Shown here piece by piece: positions 13,701 to 24,841 of a DNA stretch of 64,000 bases (within the stretch, counting starts at the first letter, position 1; the number at the start of each line of letters is the position of its first letter). Origin of the DNA: Camelus dromedarius (taxonomy: Eukaryota); contig NC_087436.1 of the NCBI RefSeq assembly GCF_036321535.1, positions 100,690,001 through 100,754,000 of the forward strand, read 5' to 3'. Position numbers and translations under genes: made by a program. The notes under the pieces are model-generated. The model saw only the letters and a list, made by a program, of their open reading frames with translations, was not told the origin of the DNA and made no database searches.

Positions 13701-14527
13701 TGGACATTTACACCGTGTGCAACGTATACGAGCAAATCTCACCACAAGAAATAAGAACAGATATCGCTAAACCACTGATACCCAAGCAATGAATGTGATG
13801 CGATTTAATCATCTTGAGATCAGAGTATCAGTAAAGAGAAACTAATGTGTGATCAGACTTGGGAGGATTTAGGTGCTTGGATGTCTGAGTTTCCTAAGCT
13901 AGAAACCTAGAATCATCACTCTCTTTTGTCCTTGTAAGTGTCTTGAAAATCAGAGCATTTCAGCAAAGTCTGCAAAGCCAACAATCTACCTTTGGGACAA
14001 ATGCTTCAGATAGGAGATATTGCCTAAGAATTTATTTAGGCTGAAAGAGGTGAAATAATCTTGAATGACCAGGGTCACTATCTTCCCATAACCAATGATT
14101 ACATAATTGTAGATAGTGTTGCAAGTAGAGATTGACCACTTGGTTCTGTACACATTTTTCTTCTTTCACATGTTGAAATGCAAGTCTTCATATGCATCTT
14201 CAGCTATAAGTCCTTCTCTAGGTAGTGACTCCTCTCAAGGGAAGTAGTTGACTTATTTAACTGTCATCTTTTTATTGAAGCACCAAGATCATGGCTTGCA
14301 GTGCCTAGAAGGGGCTATGCTCCGGAGTGCCCGTTTCATTGTCACAGTCTGTCCTAACATTCAATGCCAAGTGTGTTGTATGGGTTGAGTGTGTAGGTTG
14401 ACTAATGAAATCTTTCCAGGAACCAAAGTGAGGATAGTCATTTTTTTTAGTCTCAAACCCTTGAATAAATTGTTCCTAATAACTGGAAATATTTCTAAAT
14501 TTCTAAGGAAATTTGAAAAGTTCTCTA

Positions 14528-14576
<49 letters not shown>

Positions 14577-14609
14577 CTATATAGATGATATAGATATAGA
14601 TATAGATAT
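14528..14609. repeat. (ATCT)12 microsatellite followed by a (GATATA)n tract
   Basis: Read directly from the sequence. Confidence 0.95.
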
Positions 14610-16092
14610 TCATTAAAAGAATACAAATAGATCCCCCAAATAGTATGAGATTTACAAATAAATTTTGTTTGAAAACAAAGTATAGCACATATTTTTATCA
14701 ACTATAGTAATAGATTTACTACAAGTAACTACAATACTGATGATTTTTTTGTAGATTAATTTTAATAAAATCTCCAACAAATGGGGATCAAAAATTCATG
14801 TAATTTACAATTTGACCCAGAAAATTGATCTTTCTGACAAAAGAGTCTGATGACAAACATTTGGGTGAACCTGTATAAATTTAGTTATCCAGATTTTTTA
14901 ATCTACTCGATAGACTCGACACCAGATTTTTCATCAAAAAAAAGACGCTTAGTCATATCTTCAAATGGATGAAAAATCAAGAAAAACCTATTTTTCTATA
15001 GCCCATTAAGTTTTTTAGTTTAAGTTGATAGCTCTTAAAATTATTTGCATAAAACCTCTGTTTTTGCTATATGTGTTTATAGTACAGTTGTAGTATTATT
15101 AGTTAGTATTTTGTATTATTTTTTGCCTAAAAATACATTACATAGGCTTTTATCACTGTTGTAATAATTAATACCACTACACCAAAATATTAAATGTAAA
15201 AAAACTTTAAATCAAAAAATAGCCATTAATTTAATCAATGTAACAATCACATGCTTAAAAATTAATTTTTCAAGAAGTAGAATGGAAATGTATGTTGTTG
15301 CTCAGTAATCAAGTTTTGGACCCTTGAAACTAAGTTAAACATTAAAACTAAGCTTAATTTAACATGACAAGCTCATTGCTTTTTATACTGACAGTTCTGA
15401 GAACCTCAATTGAAACATACATATCTCAAAACTACAAAAGTTATTTAATTTTTTTGTGTGTGTGTGTGATAAATTCTGAAACTGAGAATTCATTGTTAAT
15501 CAAAGTAAGATGAGCAACTTCGAACAACAAACTTTTGTTCCAAGAGAGCATCTGAAATGTTCAAATTCTTTTCTTCAGGACATGTCAACCAATCTGATTA
15601 CGTTTGCAACACATCAGGGGACAAAGGCATTTCTTAGCAAGACGTAAGTGGTGTTCAGTATGGGCGATTACAGATGAAGACCATTTACTTTTGTTATCCA
15701 TTCACAGTGTCTTCATAATGATTAAGACACTTTTCAACAATACTTCAAATGAATTTATAACTAAGACATTCTAACACATGAAACAATCAAACATACCATG
15801 ATCAAGACTTGATAGCTAATGCTTCGATTTTGCTACTAATGAGTTCAGTCTGTCTCACATCTGGAATACCGATATAAATAAATTTTGTAAAAATAAGTTA
15901 AGGCTGCCCCATTGGGCTGATAGATCTGGAAAATACTCTAATATGCAAAGGCTGTCCCTTTTACTGCATACAAAGCCACATATTAAAGATTTTAACATCA
16001 AAGTAAAATATACTAAAGTTGTTCTTTTGCCTCGATAGAAAAGGGATAACTTTCAACACAAAAAATACAAAAGATTTTAGTAAAAAACCATC

Positions 16093-16098
16093 TTTATT
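16093..16098 (-). terminator. Candidate polyadenylation signal
   Basis: AATAAA on the minus strand followed ~20 nt downstream by a U/GU-rich element (tcttttgtattttttgtgttg). It lies in non-repeat DNA. Confidence 0.35.
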
Positions 16099-17092
16099 TG
16101 TTGTAGATACTCAATTCTAGACAAACATTAGAAAATATGTTGAGTGTTCAGTGGCTTCTGTTGTCAATGTTCGATCTGTTTTCACAGCTTTACGTACGCC
16201 ACTTAAGTCTCCTGCAAGTCTGGGGTGGCCTGGGGTTGGGGATATGGGGCTTTACCTCCCATGATGCAGTTAGACTATGTGGAACAAGTTCTTATTTTGC
16301 ACGAATTGTGACTCTTTGTGCTTATGCCGATAAGTCACTTCTAGACTATGTTGTGAAGTTGTTAACAACTTTTAAAATCTCTATTCCAGCTGTGCTGGTT
16401 GGCCAAGACTGGCAGAACTAAGGGTCTGCATGGGCTCGGTATTTAGCTCAAATATAACACACTGGATACTAACTAAAATCACACCACCAGAGGATCTGTC
16501 CACTTAGAATAAATAAAGTAGATTTTATCACAGTCGTGATATTTGCCACCTTAAGTGTTTAGATGTACCTGCAGTTTTCCAATGAACTATATTATTTGAC
16601 AGAAGCATCTTACCAGTTCTTTCACTTGTCCCTGCTTATTTAAGCCATTTTGACAGTGGATGTGATCAGTTTATTTACAAATTATGCCAGAATCTTTAAG
16701 CTTTGTGAGTAAATAAAACATGATACATGAATATTCTAAAGTATTAGCATTTTTATCCAATCAGAGTGTTAACAAGTTTCTAAAATGCTTGAATGCTTTT
16801 TTCACTTTGTTTTATTCTTTGAAAGTTTCACAATGTTGCTTAAGGTCAAATAATGTCATAGAATTTGGGAGCATCTCCACACTTAAAGGAATTAGTTAGT
16901 TCTTGTTTACAGTTTCATGAAAATTTAAATTTTAAATGCTTTTTATAATATTTTCAAGATTTACATTGCAGTTGTTACTTCTGTAACACTTAACAGAAAA
17001 TTAAGATTATTACTTAATGTGTCTCTCAAGACATATGCAGATTTCATCACAAACTTAACAATAGAATAGTAGCACCAGAGGTATAGTAGTGA

Positions 17093-17635
17093 TGTTACCC
17101 CAAAAGGTAAAGGCCCTGATTCTTGCTGTACTCAAAAGACACAGTGATAGTTGGGAGACAGTACATTGTGTAGCAAAAGATTTTAAAAGATTTATTTAAA
17201 AAAAGGAAAAGTACACCCCCAAGAACAGGAGGCAGGCTGATCCAAGGGAGGAAAAGCGGTGGTTTCTGTCTCCCGTCTTATACCCTCGCTTAGAGGCCGT
17301 CTCTTGATTGATTGACAGCTCTTGTCCCTGGAGTGCTTAGTCATGTTTGGCCCCTTTGCGCATGTCCTTACCCACGGTGTACACAGAAAAACCCATGGAG
17401 GGGGGCTAAACTGCAGTGTTAATTATAATACAATGAGCACTAGGTCATGTTCAGTTAAGTCTTTTCTGCTCCCAGGCAGTGGTGGCTTTCGGGATTTAAC
17501 CGGCTTTTTGCTGGCACTCATTTAGAAGAAGTAAAGTCCCTTTATGCTGGAGGCGGGCATAACACCATCTTCCGGGCCATCCTCCCTCTCCTCCACTTTT
17601 CTGCCCAGTGCTTCCACTTATCTAAATACCTAACA
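17093..17635 (-). mobile_element. Lineage-specific ERV solo LTR (543 bp)
   Basis: TGTTA...TAACA termini; minus-strand TATA (17278-17282) and AATAAA (17191-17196); retained CpGs and GC content above the flanks. No clean TSD. Confidence 0.8.
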
Positions 17636-18574
17636 TTAATTGCTGTAATTTAATATCTATACTGTGTGCCTCATATGGTTTGAGCACTTTAATCATATTA
17701 ACGTTTTGAATGCTCACATTATATTTAAATAACTTTCATTTCTACGTATTAACATTCTCTTTTTTAAACCACTGATCCAAAATGGTTTAATAGAGATGAA
17801 ATCAACACACACAAATATGCAGGGAAACAAAAACAGACCACACAACCAAGTCCAACTCATATTCATATCATTTATGTATAATTGGTAGGTTTATTATTAA
17901 CTTCTTAAAATGGAGTTCCAATATCTTGATGAGAAGAACTGAGATAACATACATGTCAATCATTATATGAAAACCCCTGCCTCCAGCCTATAGCCTCCTA
18001 CCATCCATACTTCAAATCATAATGGTAAAACATTCTGCTTTAAAGGCTGAATCCTTGCAGGATTTACTGAGCACCGCCTCTGTAACTCACCTGGTCATCG
18101 CAAAGCACAGTCCCTTACTGTGTCACTAATTACTTTAGCTAATTCCTAAGGCAGCAAAACATTTCTCAAATCCTAAGCTTGGTGTGTTGGTTATATTTTT
18201 CTAATGTGCATTAAAACAAGTATGCAAATATCAGAATAATGATTACACATCAGTGCAGCTTAAGTTTCCATAAAATATATATGTTACCTGTTAAAATTCT
18301 TCAAATATTTTTAGATGATCCTTTGAGCTGAGGGAATGTAATAAACACCCTTGATTTATACATATCACTTAAGTATGACAATAGTGCCTTTGGTTATTGT
18401 TAATGCTTGTTTTATTTATTTATTTTTTTGACAGTGAAAAGAGGATGGGATAGGGGTGGGTTTGGAGGAGGAGAAACCACAGAAAATACCACACTCACAA
18501 TGCAGGAAAAGTCTTTCTTAAAAAATCCACAAATAAGGATATATGAATATTGCAGCTGTTAGCCCCAGGACTGA

Positions 18575-18855
18575 TGACTGCACGTAAAAGACTGCAGCAA
18601 ATGAAGATTTCATTGTCCCCTCTCTGACTTTCTAAAATGACACGGAAGCTTACATGTTCTGGGCACCATTCCCAGAAGTGTAGCATTCGCTCCAAAAATT
18701 CACAGATGCTCTTCTGGGAACGAGGTGGTGGCACTGGCAACACAAAGGAGCTGACAGTGTGCTGCCGTTCCTGGGAGCTCCGCCTTCTGGAGATGACTTT
18801 CAAGGAAAAACACCAAACTTAATCCTGTTCTGTTCTTCGCATAGCCTATATATTT
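18575..18855. promoter_or_regulatory. Candidate enhancer/promoter with paired STAT (GAS) motifs
   Basis: TTCCCAGAA 18669-18677, TTCTGGGAA 18712-18720, ETS-like CGGAAG 18643-18648, HRE-like TACGTG (minus) 18581-18586 and TATATA 18847-18852, all in non-repeat DNA. Confidence 0.35.
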
Positions 18856-19536
18856 TTAAAACTCAAAAATTAATATTATATGGGAGGGAAAAGTCAGTTT
18901 GTCACTGTTTGGAAGAATCACTAATATATTTTTTGAAACTGGAGACGTGGTGGTTTGAGTTATCAAAGACTGGATTTTCTAAGGCACTGTATAAAGAAAA
19001 AATGGAAATTGTCACTTAACAACCACAAACAGACCAATTCACTATGCTTTGCCTGAGAATATCACACTATAAAATACTTTTAAAAGAAAACAGTTGCTGG
19101 CAATACAGATGTTCTGGATTATCATAGTTACTTGTATTTAATAGTGATTTTATCTTAGATTCACAGGCTGATAATTTTTTAAAGTTACCTTAGTAATCAT
19201 GGACAAAATTCTTCATTTTATAGTTCCTCAGAGATTAAGTGACTTACTCAGGATGAGCCAGCCATGACACAAATGAAGTTCCCCTGAATTCAAGGGTAAT
19301 ATTTTACCTTTGCCAATTTCCAGAGTTTCAAATTTATTATCTCATTTGAAAAGTCTAGAAAACTTATAAAGGTATCACTATTCTTACTTGGAAAAAGGAG
19401 ATGGAAGCCCAATTTAACTAAGTTGCATTATGAAATATGTGTAGCAGGATTACAAAACTTGAAACCACAGGCTTTTTTTTTCCAATACAACATATTACAA
19501 TACATAATAAATATTCACTTCTAAAATTACTAATTA

Positions 19537-20407
19537 TAGAGGAGGCTGTGGGCAGTGATCATCTGTAAAGAACAAAGGGGACCTGAGGATGCTCCTGAGC
19601 AGAGCAAGGGAAACAATGACGCCTGTACAGGCAACACACTGGAGATAGTTCAGACCTCTGTTTGCAACTGACATGAACCCAGAACCACCACAGGTCCCAC
19701 CTTGCTTCAACACTCTCCCATTCTGGGCCAAGAGTCTTGATGCTAGAAGAGGAGACAACAGAGCCAGCTCAAGCCTGACCCTCAGAGCTTTGGCTCCAGT
19801 AACATGGAATCAGATCCCCTCTTATAGGGTGGTGATGGCCACTGAGCAGGTGGGAAGTTCTACCCCACATCCAGTACTCGCTCAAGCTCCGCCATCTCCA
19901 CCCCACCCCCTACCAGAGTGATAGCTGCCAGCGTGCCTATTTGCAGATGATATGATACTTTAAAGTGAAAAACCCTGAAGTCTCTACCCCAAAACTGTTA
20001 GAACTAACAAACAAATTCAATAAAGTTGCAGGATACAAGATCAATATAAAACATGTTGCTTTTCTGTAAACAAATAATGAACTATCAGAAAGAGAAAGTA
20101 AAAAATATATTCCTGTTCAAAATTACAGCAAAAAGATTAAAGTACCCAGGAATAACCTTAACCCAGGATCTAGAGATTATTATGCATAGTGAAACAAATC
20201 AGACCGAGAAAGACAAATACTGTACCATGTCACTTACATGTGAACCTAAAAAATAAAATGATCACGTGTATATAGCCTAACAGAAACAGACTCAGGGATA
20301 CAGAAAACACACTAGTGGTTGTCAGTGGGGAGAGGGAAGCAGGGGCGACAGGAAAGGGGCATGGGATTAAGAGATACAAACTACCCTCTAATAAGGTGGT
20401 GATGGCC
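19537..20407 (+). mobile_element. Rearranged L1: 5'UTR-like segment + ORF2 RT fragment + 3' end
   Basis: GC-rich L1 5'UTR-like 19537-19936. 19937-20169 encodes LFADDMIL...[18 protein letters not shown]. 20170-20383 is ORF2 C-terminus/3'UTR ('agaaagacaaatactgt', 'acagactcagggatacagaaaac'). No poly-A. Confidence 0.8.
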
Positions 20408-20499
20408 CTCTGAAGTTTCATATTAGTGGAATCATTTGTGATGCAAGGGATATAATAAATCACAATATCATGGATCACTTGGTTCTTATGACTTTGGTG

Positions 20500-20650
20500 T
20501 TATTTTCTGTTTATATGTCATTCTCTCCAATCTGATATCTGAGTGGTCAGAGTTAGGGGTCAGACTCCATTTATCTTTAAATGTGTGGTTCCTGGCACAA
20601 AAGCTAGTATTTACTATGATTTCAGCGAATACTTTGTGGGAATGAATGGT
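20500..20650 (+). mobile_element. L2 3' end fragment
   Basis: 'cctggcacaaaag...aatactttgtgggaatgaatg', an L2 tail pattern. Confidence 0.45.
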
Positions 20651-21869
20651 TCTGGATGCATAATCATAAAAAAAAGGCCATTGCATTTCAGTAATGAGAC
20701 CAAAATCAGGCAAAAGAAGGAAAGAGAAACTGATACATTATATCAGCCTGATGCCATATTGTAGATGGTTTCAGTGTTGAGCCCATTTATAGTGCACTGC
20801 TCTGTCTTTAAACTCACATTTCCCCCGTATTTTCTCAATTAAGAATATTCATTGACACTACCAGATGATGAGATAATGTGGTTATCCAAGTTAATTTTTT
20901 TTCCCTATATTTGTCTCAATATATGAGTTGCTTGGTAAGAGGGAATACTTTTGTCAGTTTTCTAGGACTTGCTCATTTTCAATTTCAGCATTCATTTTTA
21001 TTTTATTCAATAACTACAGCATATTTAATAAGAGATGAAAAAAAAAAAAAGACATTCACAAGTCAATCATTTCATTTTGCCAGGAGTAAAAAATGTAAAC
21101 ACAAAATGGTGCTGCCTACCTCACATCCAAGCACAGTGGTTTCTGATTGATAGACAATCTAAAAAGCAAAGCAAAGACCCATGAGAGGTATTCCTAAGCT
21201 TCGATTGGGACAGATATGTTCGTGTATTACTTGGACAGAATGTTAAGGCTTGACGGGGCACTTATTCTGTCTACTAATTTATCATGCTACTGAATTATGT
21301 CATGGAGTAATGCCAGTAAAAAAACAAAACAAAAAACTTCTCTCTTCTCATAATTATATTTGGCAGACCTATTGTTTTGTGCATTTGCAGGTAGTAGTCA
21401 CTCAAGTATAATGATCCAAACAGATTCCAAACACTGATTTCTTGGCAAAGATTCTCTTACTGCCCCAGAATAAAAAATTGTATGAAAAAAACATTATACA
21501 TTATCTATGTTCTCTCTGTGCCTTTTGTGTGTATGTGTGTCCAGCATATTTGTTATTTTTTATTCAGAGAAACAATGATACAACCTGCTTGAAGAAATTA
21601 ACATTTCCAAATCAACCATAATTTCTTTAACTGGAAAAAAACTAATACAACATTGCAAAGAGAAATAAAAGAAAAAAAAACATGGAAGAATCATAGGGGC
21701 AAAGCATTTTTATCATTATAATGTGAATAATAACGCTGCTTACTCTATGAAAGGAAGTTTAGTCAACCCTCATTAAGCAAGGAAGAAAAATATCCTTAAT
21801 AATATGTTGAAACACATGGTAGGAATGGAAATCACACATAGTAAAGGTTTTATTCCTTAATTTTCAATT

Positions 21870-22225
21870 ATCCATTCAACTAATACTATTGAGTATTCAC
21901 TTTGTACGAAGCGCTCTTATAGGAACTAAAATATTTATCAGTAAACAAACCAGGTAAGCTCTCACAGAGGGCACATGCGAGTGGACAAAGACAGAAGTAG
22001 GTAAATTAACAAATACATCCTTTGTCAGATGACATTCAACACTATGGAGAAATAAATGTAGGTAAGTGGAAGAAGGATATTAGGGGGAAGACTCTAAGCA
22101 GAGGGAACAGTTAATTTCCTATGTTCTGAGATGGAAAATTGTCTTGCGTGTTGAAGAAAGAACATGAAATATGGTAGACGGTTGGAGTTCTACTGGATAA
22201 AATCAGAGAGGTGCATATTGTTGAG
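21870..22225 (-). mobile_element. L2 fragment
   Basis: Antisense L2 tail 'cattcaactaatactattgagtattcactttgtac' followed by a purine-rich body. Confidence 0.65.
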
Positions 22226-22229
22226 GGAT

Positions 22230-24268
22230 TTCTTTATTATGGAAAAATAATTGTACTCATTTTTAAGTGTGCTTCTCAGTGGCATTAGGTACACTCACAT
22301 TGTCATGCAATCACCGTCGCTATCAACCTCTAAAATATTTTCATCATGCCAAATTGAAATACTACGTCCCATTCCTCCCGTCCCTTAGCCCTTGGCAGCC
22401 CTGCTGTGCTCTGTGTCTGTGAACGACTGTTCTAGGTACCTCGTTAAGTGGAGGCATGCAATAGTTGTCTTTTTGTGACTGGCTTATTTTACCTGGCATA
22501 GTGTCTTCCAGATTCATCCCGTGTTGTAGTGTGCGTCGGAATTTCATTCATTTTTGAGACTGAGTAATATTCTGTTGTATATATATACCAGATTTCACTT
22601 ATTCATTCATCAGTCTGCGGAAACTTAAGTTGTTTCCACCTTTTGGCTATTGTGAATTATGCTCTTATGAACGCGGGTGTACATGCCCGGAAGCGGGACT
22701 GTTGAATCATATGATAATTCCATGTTTAGTTATTTGAGAAATGGCGGTACTGTTGTTCACAGAAGTTGCATGATTTTACTTCCCCACCAGCAATGCAAAA
22801 GTGTCCCAATTTCCCCACAACTTTGCCAACACCTGATGTTTTATGGGTTTTTTGAAAGTGGCCATCCTAATGGCTGTGATGAGTTTTCTCATTGTGGTTT
22901 TCATTTGCATTCCCTAAGGATTAGTGATGTTGAGCAGCTTTTCATGTGCCTTTTGGGCATTTGTAAATTTCTTTGGAGAAGAAGAACTCAAGTTCTTTGA
23001 TCATTTTTTAATAAGGTTTTTTGGGGGGTTTTTTGTTGTCAAGTTGTAGGAGCTATTTGTATATTCCAGATATAAATCCTGTATCAGGTATATGATGTTA
23101 AAATATTTTCTCCCATTCTGTGGAATGCCCTTACACTGTTGATAATGTCTTTTGATGCACAAAGGTTTTTAATTTTAGTGAAGTAAAATTTACCTTTTTC
23201 TTTGTTTGCTTACTAATGCTTTTGGTGTCATATCCAAGAAATCATGCCAAGAAATCATTCCAAATCTGATGTCATGAAGCTCTTCCCCTGTGTTTCCTTC
23301 TAAGGTATAGTTTTAGCTCTTACATTTAGTTTTGCTCTCCAGTTCGAGTTAATTTTGTCTACAGTAAAAATAAGTGTCAGACTTCATTCTTTTGCATGTG
23401 AATAGTTTCCAACAGCATTTTTTGAAAAGATTACCCTTTCCTATTAAATGTTTTTAGTGTTCTTGTTGAAAATTATTTGGTCATATTTGCAAGGCTTTAT
23501 TTCTGAGCTCTCTGTTTAATCCCATTGGTCTTTACATCTATCTTAATGCTGGTATGATATTTTAATCACTGTAGCTTTGCAGTTTGTTTTGAAATAAAGA
23601 TTTGTGGGATCCCAACTTTGTTCTTCTTTTTCAAGACTGATTTGGCTATTTGAGGTCCCTTGAGATTCTATATGAATTTTAAGATTTTTTTTTATTTCTA
23701 TAAAAAATGTTGAGACTTTGATAGAGATTGCATTGAATGTGTAAAGTAATTTTGAATTGCATTGATATTGTGATGTTTAATTTTATTCATCAACTTAACC
23801 AGGTAACAGGATGCCCATAGATTTGGTCAGATATTGTTCTTGTTGTTTCCCTCATGGTGTTTCTTGATGGGATTAACATTCGAATCAGTAGGCTGAATAA
23901 AGCAGATTGTCCTCACTAATGTTAGTGTCCTCATCCACTCAGCTGAAGGCCTGAATAGGACAAAAGGGCTGAGTAAGAGAGTGTTCTTCCTGCCTGACTG
24001 CCTTGGAGCTGGGACATCAGGTTTTTCCTACCTTTGGATTTAAACTGAAGTTACACAATTTGCTTTCCTGGATCTCTAGCTTGCTGACTGCAGATCTTGG
24101 GATTTATCAGCCTCCATAATCACATTCCTTATAACTCTTTCCCTCTCTCTCTCTCTCTCTCTCCATATATATATTCATACACACACACATCATTGTTCTG
24201 TTTCTCTGGAGAACCCTAGTACAGACATCTTAACAACATTAAGTCTTCTACTCCATGAACACAGATAT
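22230..24268 (-). mobile_element. L1MB-type LINE-1, 5'-truncated, interrupted by an MLT2 LTR
   Basis: Antisense 3'UTR ('cagtggcattaggtacactcacattg') and ORF2 sequence to 23768, resuming at 24224 ('gacatcttaacaacattaagtcttc'). Confidence 0.9.
23769..24223 (+). mobile_element. MLT2B solo LTR nested in L1
   Basis: TGTGATG...TACA; 'ggctgaataaagcagattgtcctc'; internal (CT)n/(CA)n; 5-bp TSD gatat/gacat. Confidence 0.9.
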
Positions 24269-24289
24269 TGTATATTCTGTGCTTTCAGT

Positions 24290-24822
24290 GTACACACACA
24301 GCTGGATACACTTTTAAGCTTCCCTTGCAGTTAGATGTAGTCATGTGACTGAGCTCTGGCCAATGGCATGTGAATAAAATTAACATATATATCACTTTCA
24401 GTCCTGGTCCATAAAGTCATCTCATATGTGGTTTTCCATTTTTCCCTTGATACCTGGGGGAAAAAAAGGTACTACTTATATTTAAATTAAAATTAAATAA
24501 AACTTAAAATTCAGTTTCTCCATCACACTAGCCGTATTTTAAGGGCTTGGTAGCTGTAAGTCCCTTTTGGCTACCATATTGATCAGTGCAAATACAGAAC
24601 AACTGCAACATTGCAGAAAGTTCTGCTGGATGATGCTGACTAAAGGAAGGCAGAACCACAAGAAGGAGCAAGTGTGGTTCCTTAGGTGACTAAGTATGGA
24701 AGAATTGCATTCCCACTTCTGCTCAACACTGGACTGTACCAGGGTCAAGAAATAAGTGTTATCTTGTTAAGCCAGAAGTTTTACACTCTTTATAATGACA
24801 GTTAGCACTCTCTAACTAATTC
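24290..24822 (+). mobile_element. MLT1 (J/I-like) MaLR LTR containing a nested MER3
   Basis: 'cttgcagttagatgtagtcatgtgactgagctctggccaatgg' and a 3' end 'aagaaataag..ttgttaagcca..ctaactaattca'. Confidence 0.7.
24470..24638 (-). mobile_element. MER3 (hAT-Charlie) MITE
   Basis: 'aaaattcagtttctccatcacactagccgtatttt..ggctaccatattgatcagtgca..gcagaaagttctgctggatgatgctg' is the reverse complement of the recalled MER3 consensus. Confidence 0.75.
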
Positions 24823-24841
24823 AGCTAGCAAGAAAACAAAT

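Noticed and set aside
14620..16600. Possible non-retroviral endogenous viral element in AT-rich unique DNA
   Set aside because: No long ORF and no viral protein motif recognised; a tBLASTx search would settle it.
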